A stretch of 64,000 bases of DNA from an uncultured Thermoplasmata archaeon (GTDB taxonomy: Archaea > Thermoplasmatota > Thermoplasmata > Lutacidiplasmatales > UBA184): NCBI GenBank assembly GCA_963838955.1, contig CAWISZ010000001.1, forward strand, positions 24,027 to 88,026. The letters run 5' to 3'. The translations under genes were made by a program, and so were the position numbers. Of the stretch, positions 8,333 through 17,819 are shown piece by piece. Position 1 is the stretch's first letter; each line of letters starts with the position of its first letter. Under the pieces are notes generated by a model. It had not been told where the DNA came from. It saw nothing but the letters and a program-made list of their open reading frames with translations, and ran no database searches.

Positions 8333-9340
8333 ATGGCGATCCTCGGCATCGAATCGACCGCGCACACCGCGTCGGTGGGGATCGTATCCGAGTCGGCCGA
8401 GGTTCTCTCGATCGCCTCCGACATGTATCGGCCGCCGAGCGGAGGGATCCACCCACGGGAGGCGGCCAACCACCATGTCGATCTCCTACCGAGGCTCGTC
8501 GAACGCGCGCTCGAGATCGCGCACCTCGGCCCGAAGGACCTCGAGGCCGTCGCCTTCGCGCAAGGCCCGGGACTAGGCCCGAGTCTGCGGGCCGGGGCGA
8601 CGGTCGCGCGGACGCTCTCGCTCGCCTGGGAGCTCCCGCTCGTCCCCGTGAACCACTGCGTCGCCCACGTCGAGATTGCTCGCGTGCTGAGCGGTCTCGA
8701 CGACCCACTCCTATTGTATGCGAGCGGCGGCAACACGCAGGTCATCGCCTATGGACGCGGACGGTACCGCGTGCTCGGGGAGACGATCGACATCGGCATC
8801 GGGAACTTCCTCGACAAACTCTGGATCGCGCTCGGAGGCACGTTCCCCGGCGGACCGGCGATCGAGGTGGAGGCCCAGCTCGGCACCGAGCTCCTCGCCC
8901 TCCCGTACTCCGTGCATGGGATGGACGTCGCCTTTTCCGGGATGCTCACCGCGGCGCTCGCGCTCTACGCGAAGGGGGCGAAGCGCACCGACCTCGCCTA
9001 TTCGGTCGAGGCGACGGCGTACTCCATGCTCACCGAGATCACCGAGCGCGCGCTCGCCCACCGCAAACACGGTGCCGTGGTCCTCGGCGGGGGCGTCGCG
9101 TGCAACGAGCGCCTCCGGGGGATGGTGCGTACGATGGTCGAGGAGCGCGGAGGCACGATGTTCGCTCCTCCGCGGTCGCTGTGCGTCGACAACGGGGCGA
9201 TGATCGCCTGGACCGGGCACCTCGCCTACGAGAGGGGCCTGTGGGTCGCTCCGGAGGCCTCCGCGGTGCAGCCCCGGCAACGGACCGACCTCGTGCCAAC
9301 GCCGTGGCGCGAGGAGCGTGCGGCGCCCGCGGGATTATAG
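8333..9340 (+). CDS. kae1: KEOPS t6A synthase Kae1 (stand-alone, not fused to Bud32)
   Basis: ILGIESTAHT, GGIHPREAANHH, PGLGPSL, VNHCVAHVE, SGGNTQ, GGVACN, DNGAMIA. Confidence 0.95.
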   Translation: MAILGIESTAHTASVGIVSESAEVLSIASDMYRPPSGGIHPREAANHHVDLLPRLVERALEIAHLGPKDLEAVAFAQGPGLGPSLRAGATVARTLSLAWELPLVPVNHCVAHVEIARVLSGLDDPLLLYASGGNTQVIAYGRGRYRVLGETIDIGIGNFLDKLWIALGGTFPGGPAIEVEAQLGTELLALPYSVHGMDVAFSGMLTAALALYAKGAKRTDLAYSVEATAYSMLTEITERALAHRKHGAVVLGGGVACNERLRGMVRTMVEERGGTMFAPPRSLCVDNGAMIAWTGHLAYERGLWVAPEASAVQPRQRTDLVPTPWREERAAPAGL

Positions 9341-9362
9341 CGCGCACACGGTTCGAGGCAGC

Positions 9363-10605
9363 GTGGAGGAGGTCGACGTCCTCGTGGTGGGAGCCGGCCC
9401 CGCCGGCTCGAACGCAGCCTACCATCTCGCCCGACGCGGCTACGACGTGCTCGTCATCGAAGAGCACGACCGTGTCGGTTATCCCGTGCAGTGCGCGGGC
9501 CTCGTCTCCCAGCGCGTGCTCGACCTCGCGGGATCGCGGCAATTCGTCCGGCAGCCGGTCCATGGAGCCAGCGTCTTCGGCCCATCGCTCGGATCAATTG
9601 CGTTCACGGCGGCCGAGGCGCGCGCCTACGTCATCGACCGGGCCGGCCTCGACATCTTCCTCGCCGACCGCGCGGCGGGCGCCGGTGCGCGCTACTCGAC
9701 CTCGACGCGCTTCGACCGTTCGCTCGGGTCGACGAACGGTCGGGCGCACCTCGAGCTCACCCCGTTCGGCGGCGAGCGCCGCGAGATCGCGGCGCGGCTC
9801 GTCATCGGGGCGGACGGGGTGACCAGCGCCGTCGCCCGGGCCTATGGCCTACGCCGTCCGGTCGAGATCCTGCCGGCGTTCGAAGCGGAGTTTGCGACGA
9901 GCCCCGGCGACCCGGACCGGGTCGAAGTGGTACTTGGGCCACGACTTCGCGCCCGGGCTGTTCGGCTGGTGGATCCCCGACGGGTCGGGTGGGGCACGGG
10001 TCGGGATCGCGGCCGAGGCCGACGGCACCAGCGCACGCGTCCACTTCGATCGACTCCTCACCTACCTCGAGCGGCGCTTCGGGGAGCGCCTCCGCAACCC
10101 GACCGCCTACCTCGTGAGCGGGATCCCGATCGGCCACGTGCCCCGGACCCACGCGGACCGCGTCCTCCTCGTCGGCGACGCCGCCGGCCAGGTCAAGCCG
10201 CTTTCCGGAGGCGGGATCTTCATGGGGATGCGATGCGCGGAGATCGCGGCCGAGGTCGCCGATGGCGTGTTGCGCGGGAACGATCTCTCCGCGCGTGCCC
10301 TCGCCGAGTACGACCGCCGCTGGTGGGGCGAGTTCGGCGAGGAGTTCGACCGCGCCCTCCACCTCCGCCGCCTCTTCGTCCGCCTCTCCGACTCCGACTA
10401 CGATCGCCTCATCGAGGTGCTGAAAGAGTCCGACCTGCTCGGCACGATCGTCGCGTTCGGGGACATCGACTTCCCGACGCACGTCGCGCGTCGGCTGCTC
10501 GCTCAGTCGCCGTCGCTGTTGCGTCTGTTGCCCAAGGCGCTCGGGGCCTGGCTCGCCCCCGGGGATCGCTTCGCGCCGGCGCTCGACCGGGTCCGCCGGA
10601 AATAG
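9363..10605 (+). CDS. Geranylgeranyl reductase-family FAD oxidoreductase with an apparent +1 frameshift at about 9930
   Basis: DVLVVGAGPAG, PVQCAGL and IGADG in one frame; YLGHDFAPGLFGWWIP and VGDAAGQVKPLSGGGI in the next. Removing one G at 9929-9930 restores VEVYLG. Confidence 0.85.
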
Positions 10606-11315
10606 AAGAATGCGCCGAGGCCGACGAGAGCGATCGCCCCGGCGATAAGCCCATAGACGACCCACGCCCACGTGGCTGTCTCTACGATGATCGAGGTCTC
10701 GGGCGTGACGCCCGAGACCCCGAGCTTGGAGAGATTGAGCGTCGCGCTCCCGTTGGGGAGCTCGGTTGCGTTCTGCCACACCGCCGCGCTGAACCATCCG
10801 CGGGATTCGAGCCGGTACGGCGTGCCGTTCGCCATGAATCCGAGGGCGGTCCGGAGGAAGAAGGAGGCGGCACCGATCGACGAGGAGGTGGTGACGGGGA
10901 TCGTGACGGTCGTGACCTGTCCCGGAGCGAGAGACGGCACCGGGAACGTGATGTTCGACCCGCTCACTTCGTTCGTCCCCGTGAGGAGCGGAGTGAGCGA
11001 GCCGCCGATCGGCGTGGCGGGACCGGCGTTCGATCCCATCGCATAGATGTCCAAGGTCAACGCGATCCCGGACATCGGCCAAGGGAGGAGGTCTTGCACA
11101 GTTAGGCCCAGGCTCCCCGAGGACCCGGAGTCTAGCGTCGGGCCGGAGAGATTGCCGAGCAGGTGGTTCCCCTCGAATACCGGGAGCGGGGGGTACGACG
11201 AGGCGCTGGCGCTGCCGGCCGGAGCGAGAGCGGCCGCGATGATCGCGAGCGCGACGAAGGCCGTCCACGCGCTCCGACGAGCGGCACAGTTGGGCCGCCT
11301 ACGCACCGCCCGCAT
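10503..11315 (-). CDS. Secreted, C-terminally membrane-anchored protein of unknown function
   Basis: Basic N-terminus plus hydrophobic signal ending ASA, a Ser/Thr/Gly-rich beta-rich body with N-glycosylation sequons, and a C-terminal TM followed by FRRTR. Confidence 0.75.
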   Translation of the reverse strand: MRAVRRRPNCAARRSAWTAFVALAIIAAALAPAGSASASSYPPLPVFEGNHLLGNLSGPTLDSGSSGSLGLTVQDLLPWPMSGIALTLDIYAMGSNAGPATPIGGSLTPLLTGTNEVSGSNITFPVPSLAPGQVTTVTIPVTTSSSIGAASFFLRTALGFMANGTPYRLESRGWFSAAVWQNATELPNGSATLNLSKLGVSGVTPETSIIVETATWAWVVYGLIAGAIALVGLGAFFYFRRTRSSAGAKRSPGASQAPSALGNRRNSDGD

Positions 11316-12201
11316 CCCCCGCCGGGGCGTGGGACTCGGCGCGAGCGACGAGGCGGCGGATCCGGCGCCAGGCCTCGGCGCGGCCGCGATCGCCGCCGAG
11401 CCCTAGGAAGCCCACGGCACCGATCCCGAGCTCACCTCCTCCGTTCGTGTTGGCCTTGAACAGCGCGCGGGCGAGCGCCCGCGGGTTGTGGGTTATTTCC
11501 ACCGCTTCGTCGTCCGCGCGGTACTCCTCGCGGCGCGTGAGCGCACTCGCGACGCGACTGAGCACGGGATCCCAGCGCATCAACCGAGCGAACGTGCGGA
11601 AGAACGTCAGGTAGCGACCGTCCAGGTCCCGGATGTGGCCGAGCTCGTGCGCGACCACGCTCTCGAGCTCCTCCGGCGTGAGGGTCGCGCGTAGACCGCT
11701 CGACAGCAGGATCACCTCGCGCCGACGCACGAGGCGGGGGCCCCCGAACTCGACCAGCGTGAAGCTGAACGCGTCGACCCGAGCGTCCGAGAAGCCGAGG
11801 AGCGCAACCGACCGTTCCGGAGCGGGGAGGCGATCCGGCCATGTGATCACGGTGGGCTGGAGGACGCTGAGCCAGCCGCGGCCGACGAGCTGGTTGATCA
11901 GGAATGCGAGCGCGAAGACGAGGAAGGCGCCCCCGGCTCCGAGGAGCCAGATCGAGGCGAACTGAGGCTGGAAGAGCGCGAACGGCGATCGCACGAGGTC
12001 GTCCGCCCCGCCCCAGCCTCCCTCGACGATGACCCAGGCGAGGGCCGTCGTGACGAGCACGGCCCATAATGCGAGGAAAGTGGCCGCCAGTCTTAGAACG
12101 ACCGGGGATCCGGATCGGCGCACGGCAAAGAGCAGTCCAACGCCGGTGGCCACCCAGACGACCACGAGAAGGAATGGGATCCCAAGAACGGGCGCATCCA
12201 T
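11299..12201 (-). CDS. Membrane Zn metallopeptidase, M48/M56 (BlaR1-like, no penicillin-binding sensor domain)
   Basis: Three N-terminal TM helices, VVAHELGH (HExxH), EYRADDEA, ALARALFK. Confidence 0.85.
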   Translation of the reverse strand: MDAPVLGIPFLLVVVWVATGVGLLFAVRRSGSPVVLRLAATFLALWAVLVTTALAWVIVEGGWGGADDLVRSPFALFQPQFASIWLLGAGGAFLVFALAFLINQLVGRGWLSVLQPTVITWPDRLPAPERSVALLGFSDARVDAFSFTLVEFGGPRLVRRREVILLSSGLRATLTPEELESVVAHELGHIRDLDGRYLTFFRTFARLMRWDPVLSRVASALTRREEYRADDEAVEITHNPRALARALFKANTNGGGELGIGAVGFLGLGGDRGRAEAWRRIRRLVARAESHAPAGDAGGA

Positions 12202-12224
12202 GCCGGTGCAGGTCCTCGAACGAC

Positions 12225-12581
12225 CTACAGACCCAGCTTCCGACGGAATTCTTCTTCCTCCGCCGGATTCAGCTTCTTGATCTCTTCGTTCAGATGGACG
12301 ACCCCCGCGGGGCCGAACATAGCGACGACCCCCTTAAGCAGATTGACAAGGTACTTCCGCTCGAAGTCGGCGGGTCGGTAGACGTAGCGCTCGCCGCCTC
12401 GGCACGTTTCACGCCGACGCTTGACGACGCCTTTCGCGTGGAGGCGGGACAACGTCGTCGCCACCGTCGTATAGGCCACCCGGACCCCCCGGCGCTCAAG
12501 ATCCTGTCGGACGGTCCGGGCGGGGGCCTCCTTCAGGTCGCGGAGCGAACGAATCACGTCCGCCTCGAGGGAACCGGGCAT
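12225..12581 (-). CDS. BlaI/MecI/CopY-family repressor
   Basis: GSLEADVIRSL...VAYTTVATTLSRLHAKGVVKR...RYVYRP. Confidence 0.9.
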   Translation of the reverse strand: MPGSLEADVIRSLRDLKEAPARTVRQDLERRGVRVAYTTVATTLSRLHAKGVVKRRRETCRGGERYVYRPADFERKYLVNLLKGVVAMFGPAGVVHLNEEIKKLNPAEEEEFRRKLGL

Positions 12582-12587
12582 TTTGCT

Positions 12588-12620
12588 CCGAAGGATGCTT
12601 CGGCGCGCGGCTCTTTAAAT
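12588..12620 (-). promoter_or_regulatory. Putative TATA box and candidate operator upstream of the blaI-like gene
   Basis: TTTAAAT at 12614-12620; inverted repeat CCGAAG-GATG-CTTCGG at 12588-12603, between the TATA box and the start codon. Confidence 0.4.
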
Positions 12621-12717
12621 CATCCGACCGTGAGGAACGAACGAGTACGTACTGACCGAGTTCCGGGTGGCACGGGGCGAGGCAAGCGTTTAGGGCGCCC
12701 CCTCAATCGGGCAAGGG

Positions 12718-14118
12718 ATGACTCCACCCGCGGACCCGCCCACCTCGATCCTCGACCTGATCGGGGATACTCCGGTGATCCCACTGCGGCGGGTGACCGA
12801 AGGAGTCCCCTACCGGGTGCTGGCCAAGCTCGAGTTCCTCAATCCCGGCGGCTCGGTCAAGGACCGGATCGGGACCCCGATGATCGCCGAGGCGGAGCGC
12901 AAGGGCTTGCTTCGGCCTGGAGGGACGATCGTCGAGGCTACGAGCGGCAATACGGGGGTCGGACTCGCCCTCGTCGCCGCGGTCCGGGGCTACCGCTGCG
13001 TGTTCGTGATCCCGGACAAGATGAGCTCGGAAAAGATCCGGCTGTTGCGCGCCTACGGGGCCCGCGTGGTCGTGACTCCGAGCCAGCTGCCCCCCGACCA
13101 CCCGCTGAGCCACTACTCGGTCGCCCGTCGGCTCGCGCGGGAGATCCCCGGAGCGTACTACCCCAACCAATACGAGAACGAGGGCAACCCGGTCGCTCAC
13201 TACCGCACGACCGGGCCGGAGATCGATCGTGACGGCGGCGAGGGTCTCGCTGCCGTGGTGGCCACGGTCGGAACCGGGGGAACGTTGAGCGGGATCGGAC
13301 GATACTTCAAGGAGCACCGCCCGTCGGTGCGCATCGTCGCGGTCGACCCCGCGGGTTCGATCCTCGGAACCTACTTCCGGACGAAGGAGATGGCCAAAGC
13401 CACCCCTTACCTCGTCGAGGGCATCGGGGAAGACATAATCCCGAAATCGATCCACTTCCAGTTCATCGACGAGTTCGTCGAGGTCAACGACGCCGAGTCG
13501 TTTGCCATGGCGCGCCGCCTCGCCCGAGAGGAGGGTCTCTTCGTGGGGGGCTCCTCCGGCTCGGCGGTCGTCGGAGCCCTGCGGTGGCTCTCCACGCGAC
13601 CTCTACCAGAGGGTGCCACGGTCGTCATCGTTCTGCCGGATTCCGGCGATCGGTACCTCTCGAAGTTCTATTCGGACGAGTGGATGCGCGAGAAGGGCTT
13701 AATCGACCCGGGCGTCACCGCGCGTGCCCTCCTTTCGCGCAAGGGAGACCTCCCGGCGCTGGTGACCGCCGAGCCCACGACGCGCGTTCGAGATGCGCTC
13801 GCCCTGCTCCGCCGCCACGGGTTCTCCCAGATGCCGATCCTCTCCGCGGGCGGCAACCTCGGGAGCGTTCAGGAGGATGAGATCCTGCGTCGGATGCTCG
13901 AGGACGAGACCGTCGTCGAACGTACGGTCGTCTCCGTCCTCCAGCCTCCGTTCCCCGAGGTGGGCGCGGACGCCCCCGTGGCCACGGTGCTCCATCTCCT
14001 CAAGGGAGCGCGGGCGCTCTTAGTCCGGGATCCCGCGACCGGGACCCCCATCGGACTATTGACCCGGTACGATCTGCTCGGATTCCTTTCGGAGGAAGGC
14101 GGCAGCGATGCGATTTGA
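12718..14118 (+). CDS. cbs: Cystathionine beta-synthase with C-terminal CBS domains
   Basis: KLEFLNPGGSVKDR, EATSGNTG, GTGGT, YLVEGIGED, DSGDRYLSK, then a CBS pair (HGFSQMP...GLLTRYDLL). Confidence 0.92.
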   Translation: MTPPADPPTSILDLIGDTPVIPLRRVTEGVPYRVLAKLEFLNPGGSVKDRIGTPMIAEAERKGLLRPGGTIVEATSGNTGVGLALVAAVRGYRCVFVIPDKMSSEKIRLLRAYGARVVVTPSQLPPDHPLSHYSVARRLAREIPGAYYPNQYENEGNPVAHYRTTGPEIDRDGGEGLAAVVATVGTGGTLSGIGRYFKEHRPSVRIVAVDPAGSILGTYFRTKEMAKATPYLVEGIGEDIIPKSIHFQFIDEFVEVNDAESFAMARRLAREEGLFVGGSSGSAVVGALRWLSTRPLPEGATVVIVLPDSGDRYLSKFYSDEWMREKGLIDPGVTARALLSRKGDLPALVTAEPTTRVRDALALLRRHGFSQMPILSAGGNLGSVQEDEILRRMLEDETVVERTVVSVLQPPFPEVGADAPVATVLHLLKGARALLVRDPATGTPIGLLTRYDLLGFLSEEGGSDAI

Positions 14119-15253
14119 CACCCGTCTGATCCACGCCCACCAACCGCCTGACGCGGCCACGGGGGCCGTGAACACTCCGATCTACCTATCGAGCACCTTC
14201 GCCCAGGAGGCACCGAACCGCAACCGAGGCTACGTCTACGGGCGCACGTCGAACCCCACCCGCGACGTCCTCGAGCGCGCGCTCGCCGATCTGGAAGGCG
14301 GCGCCCGGGGCCTCGCATTCTCTTCGGGGCTCGGCGCGCTCGTCAGCCTGCTCGAGAACTACGAAACGGGGAGCCGAATCGTCTCGGTCAGCGACCTCTA
14401 CGGGGGGACCTGGCGCCTGTTCGAGCACCACCGCCGCCAGTTCGGTCTCCGGGTCGACTACCTCGACATGACCGACTTCGGCCCGCTCCGCGCCGCCCTG
14501 GCCGAGGGCTCCACCGATCTCGTGTACCTCGAGACGCCCACCAATCCGCTGCTGCGGGTCATCGATCTCGGCGCGGTCGCTCGGCTCGCGCACCGCGCGG
14601 GGGCGCTCCTCGCCGTGGACAATACCTTCGCCTCCCCGGCCCTCCAACGCCCGATCGAGCGGGGCGCGGACATTGTGTTGCACTCGACCACGAAGTACCT
14701 CGGGGGCCATTCGGACATCATCGGGGGAGCGCTCGTGCTCCGCGACGCGGCGCTGGGGGAGCGGTTTGCCTGGATCCAGAACGCCGCGGGAGCCGTTCCA
14801 AGCCCGTTCGACTGCTATCTCGTACTCCGCGGACTCCATACGCTCGGAATTAGGATGCGTGCTCACGGAGCGAACGCGGAGGCCGCCGCCGAGCTTCTCG
14901 AGGCGAGCCGCAAAGTGCGGATCGTTCACTATCCGGGCCTCTCGAGCCATCCGCAGCACGCGCTCGCGCGCCGGCAGATGGATGGCTATGGCGGAATGGT
15001 CAGCGTTGAGCTCCGCGGCGGGGGTCCGGCGGCGCGTCGGTTCATGCGCGCGCTCCGCGTCTTCACCCTCGCGGAGAGCCTCGGAGGGGTGGAATCGCTT
15101 GTCGAGCACCCGGCCTCCATGACCCACGCGAGCGTGCCGCGCCGGGAGCGCGAGGCCCACGGGGTCGGCGATGGCCTCGTGCGCCTCTCCTGCGGCATCG
15201 AGGATCCCGAGGACCTCCTGGACGACCTGCGAGCCGGCCTCAAGGCGGCCTAG
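14108..15253 (+). CDS. Cystathionine gamma-lyase/gamma-synthase (Cys/Met metabolism PLP enzyme)
   Basis: PIYLSSTF, YGRTSNPT, ETPTNP, DNTFASP, HSTTKYLGGHSD, AESLGGVESL. Confidence 0.92.
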   Translation: MRFDTRLIHAHQPPDAATGAVNTPIYLSSTFAQEAPNRNRGYVYGRTSNPTRDVLERALADLEGGARGLAFSSGLGALVSLLENYETGSRIVSVSDLYGGTWRLFEHHRRQFGLRVDYLDMTDFGPLRAALAEGSTDLVYLETPTNPLLRVIDLGAVARLAHRAGALLAVDNTFASPALQRPIERGADIVLHSTTKYLGGHSDIIGGALVLRDAALGERFAWIQNAAGAVPSPFDCYLVLRGLHTLGIRMRAHGANAEAAAELLEASRKVRIVHYPGLSSHPQHALARRQMDGYGGMVSVELRGGGPAARRFMRALRVFTLAESLGGVESLVEHPASMTHASVPRREREAHGVGDGLVRLSCGIEDPEDLLDDLRAGLKAA

Positions 15254-15256
15254 ACG

Positions 15257-16699
15257 ATGCGTCGCGTCACGATCTACGATACCCTCTCCCGGGAAAGCCG
15301 GCTCTTCATGCCCCGCTTTCCCCCGCGCGTCGGCATGTTCGTCTGCGGACTGACCCCGTACGACGAGGCCCATATCGGCCACGCGCGGGTTGCGGTCGTG
15401 TTCGACGTCGTCGCTCGCGCGCTCGCCCGGTGGGGATACCGCGTGTTCTACGTCCAGAACGTCACGAACCTCGATGACAAACTGCTGCGCCGAGCGGGCG
15501 AGCTCGGCGTCGACCCGTTCGCGCTGGCCGACCGGCACTTCGGGGAGTGGCGCGATGCGATGGAACGGCTCGGCGTCAGGTCCGTCCAGTACTATCCGCA
15601 CGCGACCGACTACATCCCCGAGATCCTGGAGCAGGTCGGCCAGTTGGTGGAGAAGGGATTCGCCTATCGAACGGACGACGGATCGGTGTACTACGAGGTC
15701 GCGAAGTTCCCCGGCTACGGCAAGCTCTCCGGTCAGAAGGTCGAAGCGCTCCGGCCCGGAGCTCGCCTGGAGATCGATCGCAACAAGTACGCCCCCGAGG
15801 ATTTCGTGATCTGGAAGGCCGCGACGCCGGGCGAACCGAGCTGGGAGAGCCCCTGGGGCCCGGGACGGCCGGGCTGGCACATCGAGGACACCGCGATCAC
15901 CGCGCGGCTCCTCGGTCCGCGCTACGATCTCCACGGAGGGGGTCTCGACTTGAAGTTCCCCCATCACGAGGCCGAGATCGCTCAGGCCGAAGCGGCGACC
16001 GGGCTCGCGCCGCTCGTGAACTTCTGGATGCACGCCGGCCTCGTCTCGATGGGCGGGGAGAAGATGTCCAAATCCCTCGGCAACGTCTACTCGCTCACGC
16101 AGGCGCTCGACGAGTTCGGCCCGATGGTGTTGCGCTTCTACTACCTCAACGCGCATTACCGCAGCCCGCTCGAGTTCACGCGCGGGGAGAGCCTCGAGGC
16201 CGCGCGCGAGGCCTACGCCCGCCTTTCGCTTCCCTACCGGCGTCTCCGGGCCCAATGGGACCAGGAGGCGCCCGAGCGCGCGGGGGAGGAGCTGCCGGAG
16301 GAGCTCGCCAGCGCTTCGGCCGACCTCGTGGACCGCCTGGACGAAACCCTCGCGGACGACTTTCAAACGCGCGAGGTGATCGCGCAGTTGTTCGTCTGGG
16401 GCCACCAGGTGGCCGAGTGGTTGCCCAAGCTCGACCGCTTGTCGAGCGGAGCGCTCGCGTCGCTCGCCGCGCCGTATCGCTGGGTCGAGGAGACGCTCGG
16501 GCTCTTCGAGGAGGTCGAGGAGAGCGGATCGAGCGATCTTGCTGCGACCGTCGGGGTGGCGATCGAGGCGCGCACCCGGGCCCGCGCTCGCGGAGACTTC
16601 GCCGAGGCCGACCGGATCCGGGACGCCCTGCGCGCCGCGGGGATCGAACTCGAGGACGATTCCACCGGGACTCGGTGGGAACGCAGCGGATCGAGGTGA
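15257..16699 (+). CDS. cysS: Cysteine--tRNA ligase
   Basis: CGLTPYDEAHIGHAR, GRPGWHIE, DLHGGGLDLKFPHHEAE, KMSKS, ADRIRDAL. Confidence 0.95.
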   Translation: MRRVTIYDTLSRESRLFMPRFPPRVGMFVCGLTPYDEAHIGHARVAVVFDVVARALARWGYRVFYVQNVTNLDDKLLRRAGELGVDPFALADRHFGEWRDAMERLGVRSVQYYPHATDYIPEILEQVGQLVEKGFAYRTDDGSVYYEVAKFPGYGKLSGQKVEALRPGARLEIDRNKYAPEDFVIWKAATPGEPSWESPWGPGRPGWHIEDTAITARLLGPRYDLHGGGLDLKFPHHEAEIAQAEAATGLAPLVNFWMHAGLVSMGGEKMSKSLGNVYSLTQALDEFGPMVLRFYYLNAHYRSPLEFTRGESLEAAREAYARLSLPYRRLRAQWDQEAPERAGEELPEELASASADLVDRLDETLADDFQTREVIAQLFVWGHQVAEWLPKLDRLSSGALASLAAPYRWVEETLGLFEEVEESGSSDLAATVGVAIEARTRARARGDFAEADRIRDALRAAGIELEDDSTGTRWERSGSR

Positions 16700-16703
16700 G
16701 ACG

Positions 16704-17744
16704 ATGCGGGGCTTCGGTTTCGCCGAACATGGCGGGCTCGACCGGATCGGCTTCGTGGAGATCCCGGAACCCGCCCCCGGTCCGGGGGAGGTTCGGATCC
16801 GCATCCGAGCGGCGGCGTTCAACCGCCTCGACCGGTTTACGCTCGAGGGGATCCCCGGAGTTCCGATCGATCGGCCTCACGTCCTGGGCTCGGACGGATC
16901 CGGGACCGTCGACGCGCTCGGGCCTGGCGTGTCCGACCTGGTCGTCGGATCGAGCGTTCTGATCAACCCGGGCATCCCGGACGCAACGTGCGACCCCTGC
17001 CGGGCCGGGGAGGAGGCGCTGTGCCGCGCCTATCGCATCCTCGGCGAACACACGCAGGGAAGCGCCACGACGTTCGTCGTCGTCCCGCGCCGCAATGTCC
17101 ACCCCAAACCCGAGCGACTCTCGTTCACGGACGCGGCCGCCGCCCCCCTCGTGTTCGAGACCGCCTGGCGAGCGCTCGCCACCGTCGGCGGCGTCCGAGC
17201 CGGCGACCGCGTGGCGATCATCGGTGCCGGCGGTGGGGTGCCCACCGCCGCCGTCCAGGTCGCCAAGCTCTTGGGAGGAAGCGTCGCCGTCGCTTCGAGG
17301 TCGCTTGCAAAGGCCGAACGGACGCGCGCGCTCGGGGCCGATGCGGCGCTCTCCTTCGACGCCGACCACCTGCTCGACAAGGTCCTGTGGCAGTGGAGCG
17401 AGAAACGGGGCGTGGACGTGATCTTCGATTCGAACGGTGCCGCGACCATCCCGAGATCCGTCCGCGCGCTGGCCCGCGGAGGCCGCCTGGTCGTCATCGG
17501 CGCCACCACCGGCCCGATGGTGGAGCTCGATCTCCGCACGCTGTTCTGGCGCCAGGCGTCGATCCGCGGTAGCACGATGGCCAGCTTCCACGAGTTCCGC
17601 GACGTGCTCGGCCACCTCGCCAGCGGGCGACTGAAGCCGGTGGTCGATTCCGTTTACCCCTTCGAGCAGGCGCCCGATGCGTTCCGCAGGTTCGACGGAG
17701 CGGATCTCTTCGGGAAGATCGTGGTCGAGAATCCCGAGTCCTAG
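16704..17744 (+). CDS. Medium-chain dehydrogenase/quinone oxidoreductase (Zn-ADH-like)
   Basis: PGPGEVRIR, GSDGSG, DxxCxxCx7C structural site, GAGGGV Rossmann motif, GKIVV. Confidence 0.9.
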   Translation: MRGFGFAEHGGLDRIGFVEIPEPAPGPGEVRIRIRAAAFNRLDRFTLEGIPGVPIDRPHVLGSDGSGTVDALGPGVSDLVVGSSVLINPGIPDATCDPCRAGEEALCRAYRILGEHTQGSATTFVVVPRRNVHPKPERLSFTDAAAAPLVFETAWRALATVGGVRAGDRVAIIGAGGGVPTAAVQVAKLLGGSVAVASRSLAKAERTRALGADAALSFDADHLLDKVLWQWSEKRGVDVIFDSNGAATIPRSVRALARGGRLVVIGATTGPMVELDLRTLFWRQASIRGSTMASFHEFRDVLGHLASGRLKPVVDSVYPFEQAPDAFRRFDGADLFGKIVVENPES

Positions 17745-17819
17745 GCCTACAGCGCGGCCGCCGGTGCCCGGGACACCGCAACGGAAGGTCTCAAGGACCG
17801 CGGTATCCTCTGGACGGAC

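Noticed and set aside
9931-11105. C-terminal half of the 595-aa ORF, suggesting a novel GGR fusion
   Set aside because: Product of the frameshift at about 9930; the true GGR C-terminus is in the frame ending at 10605.
14186-16822. 878-aa minus-strand ORF
   Set aside because: Antisense shadow of cgl/cysS. High GC suppresses stop codons and the ORF has no motifs.
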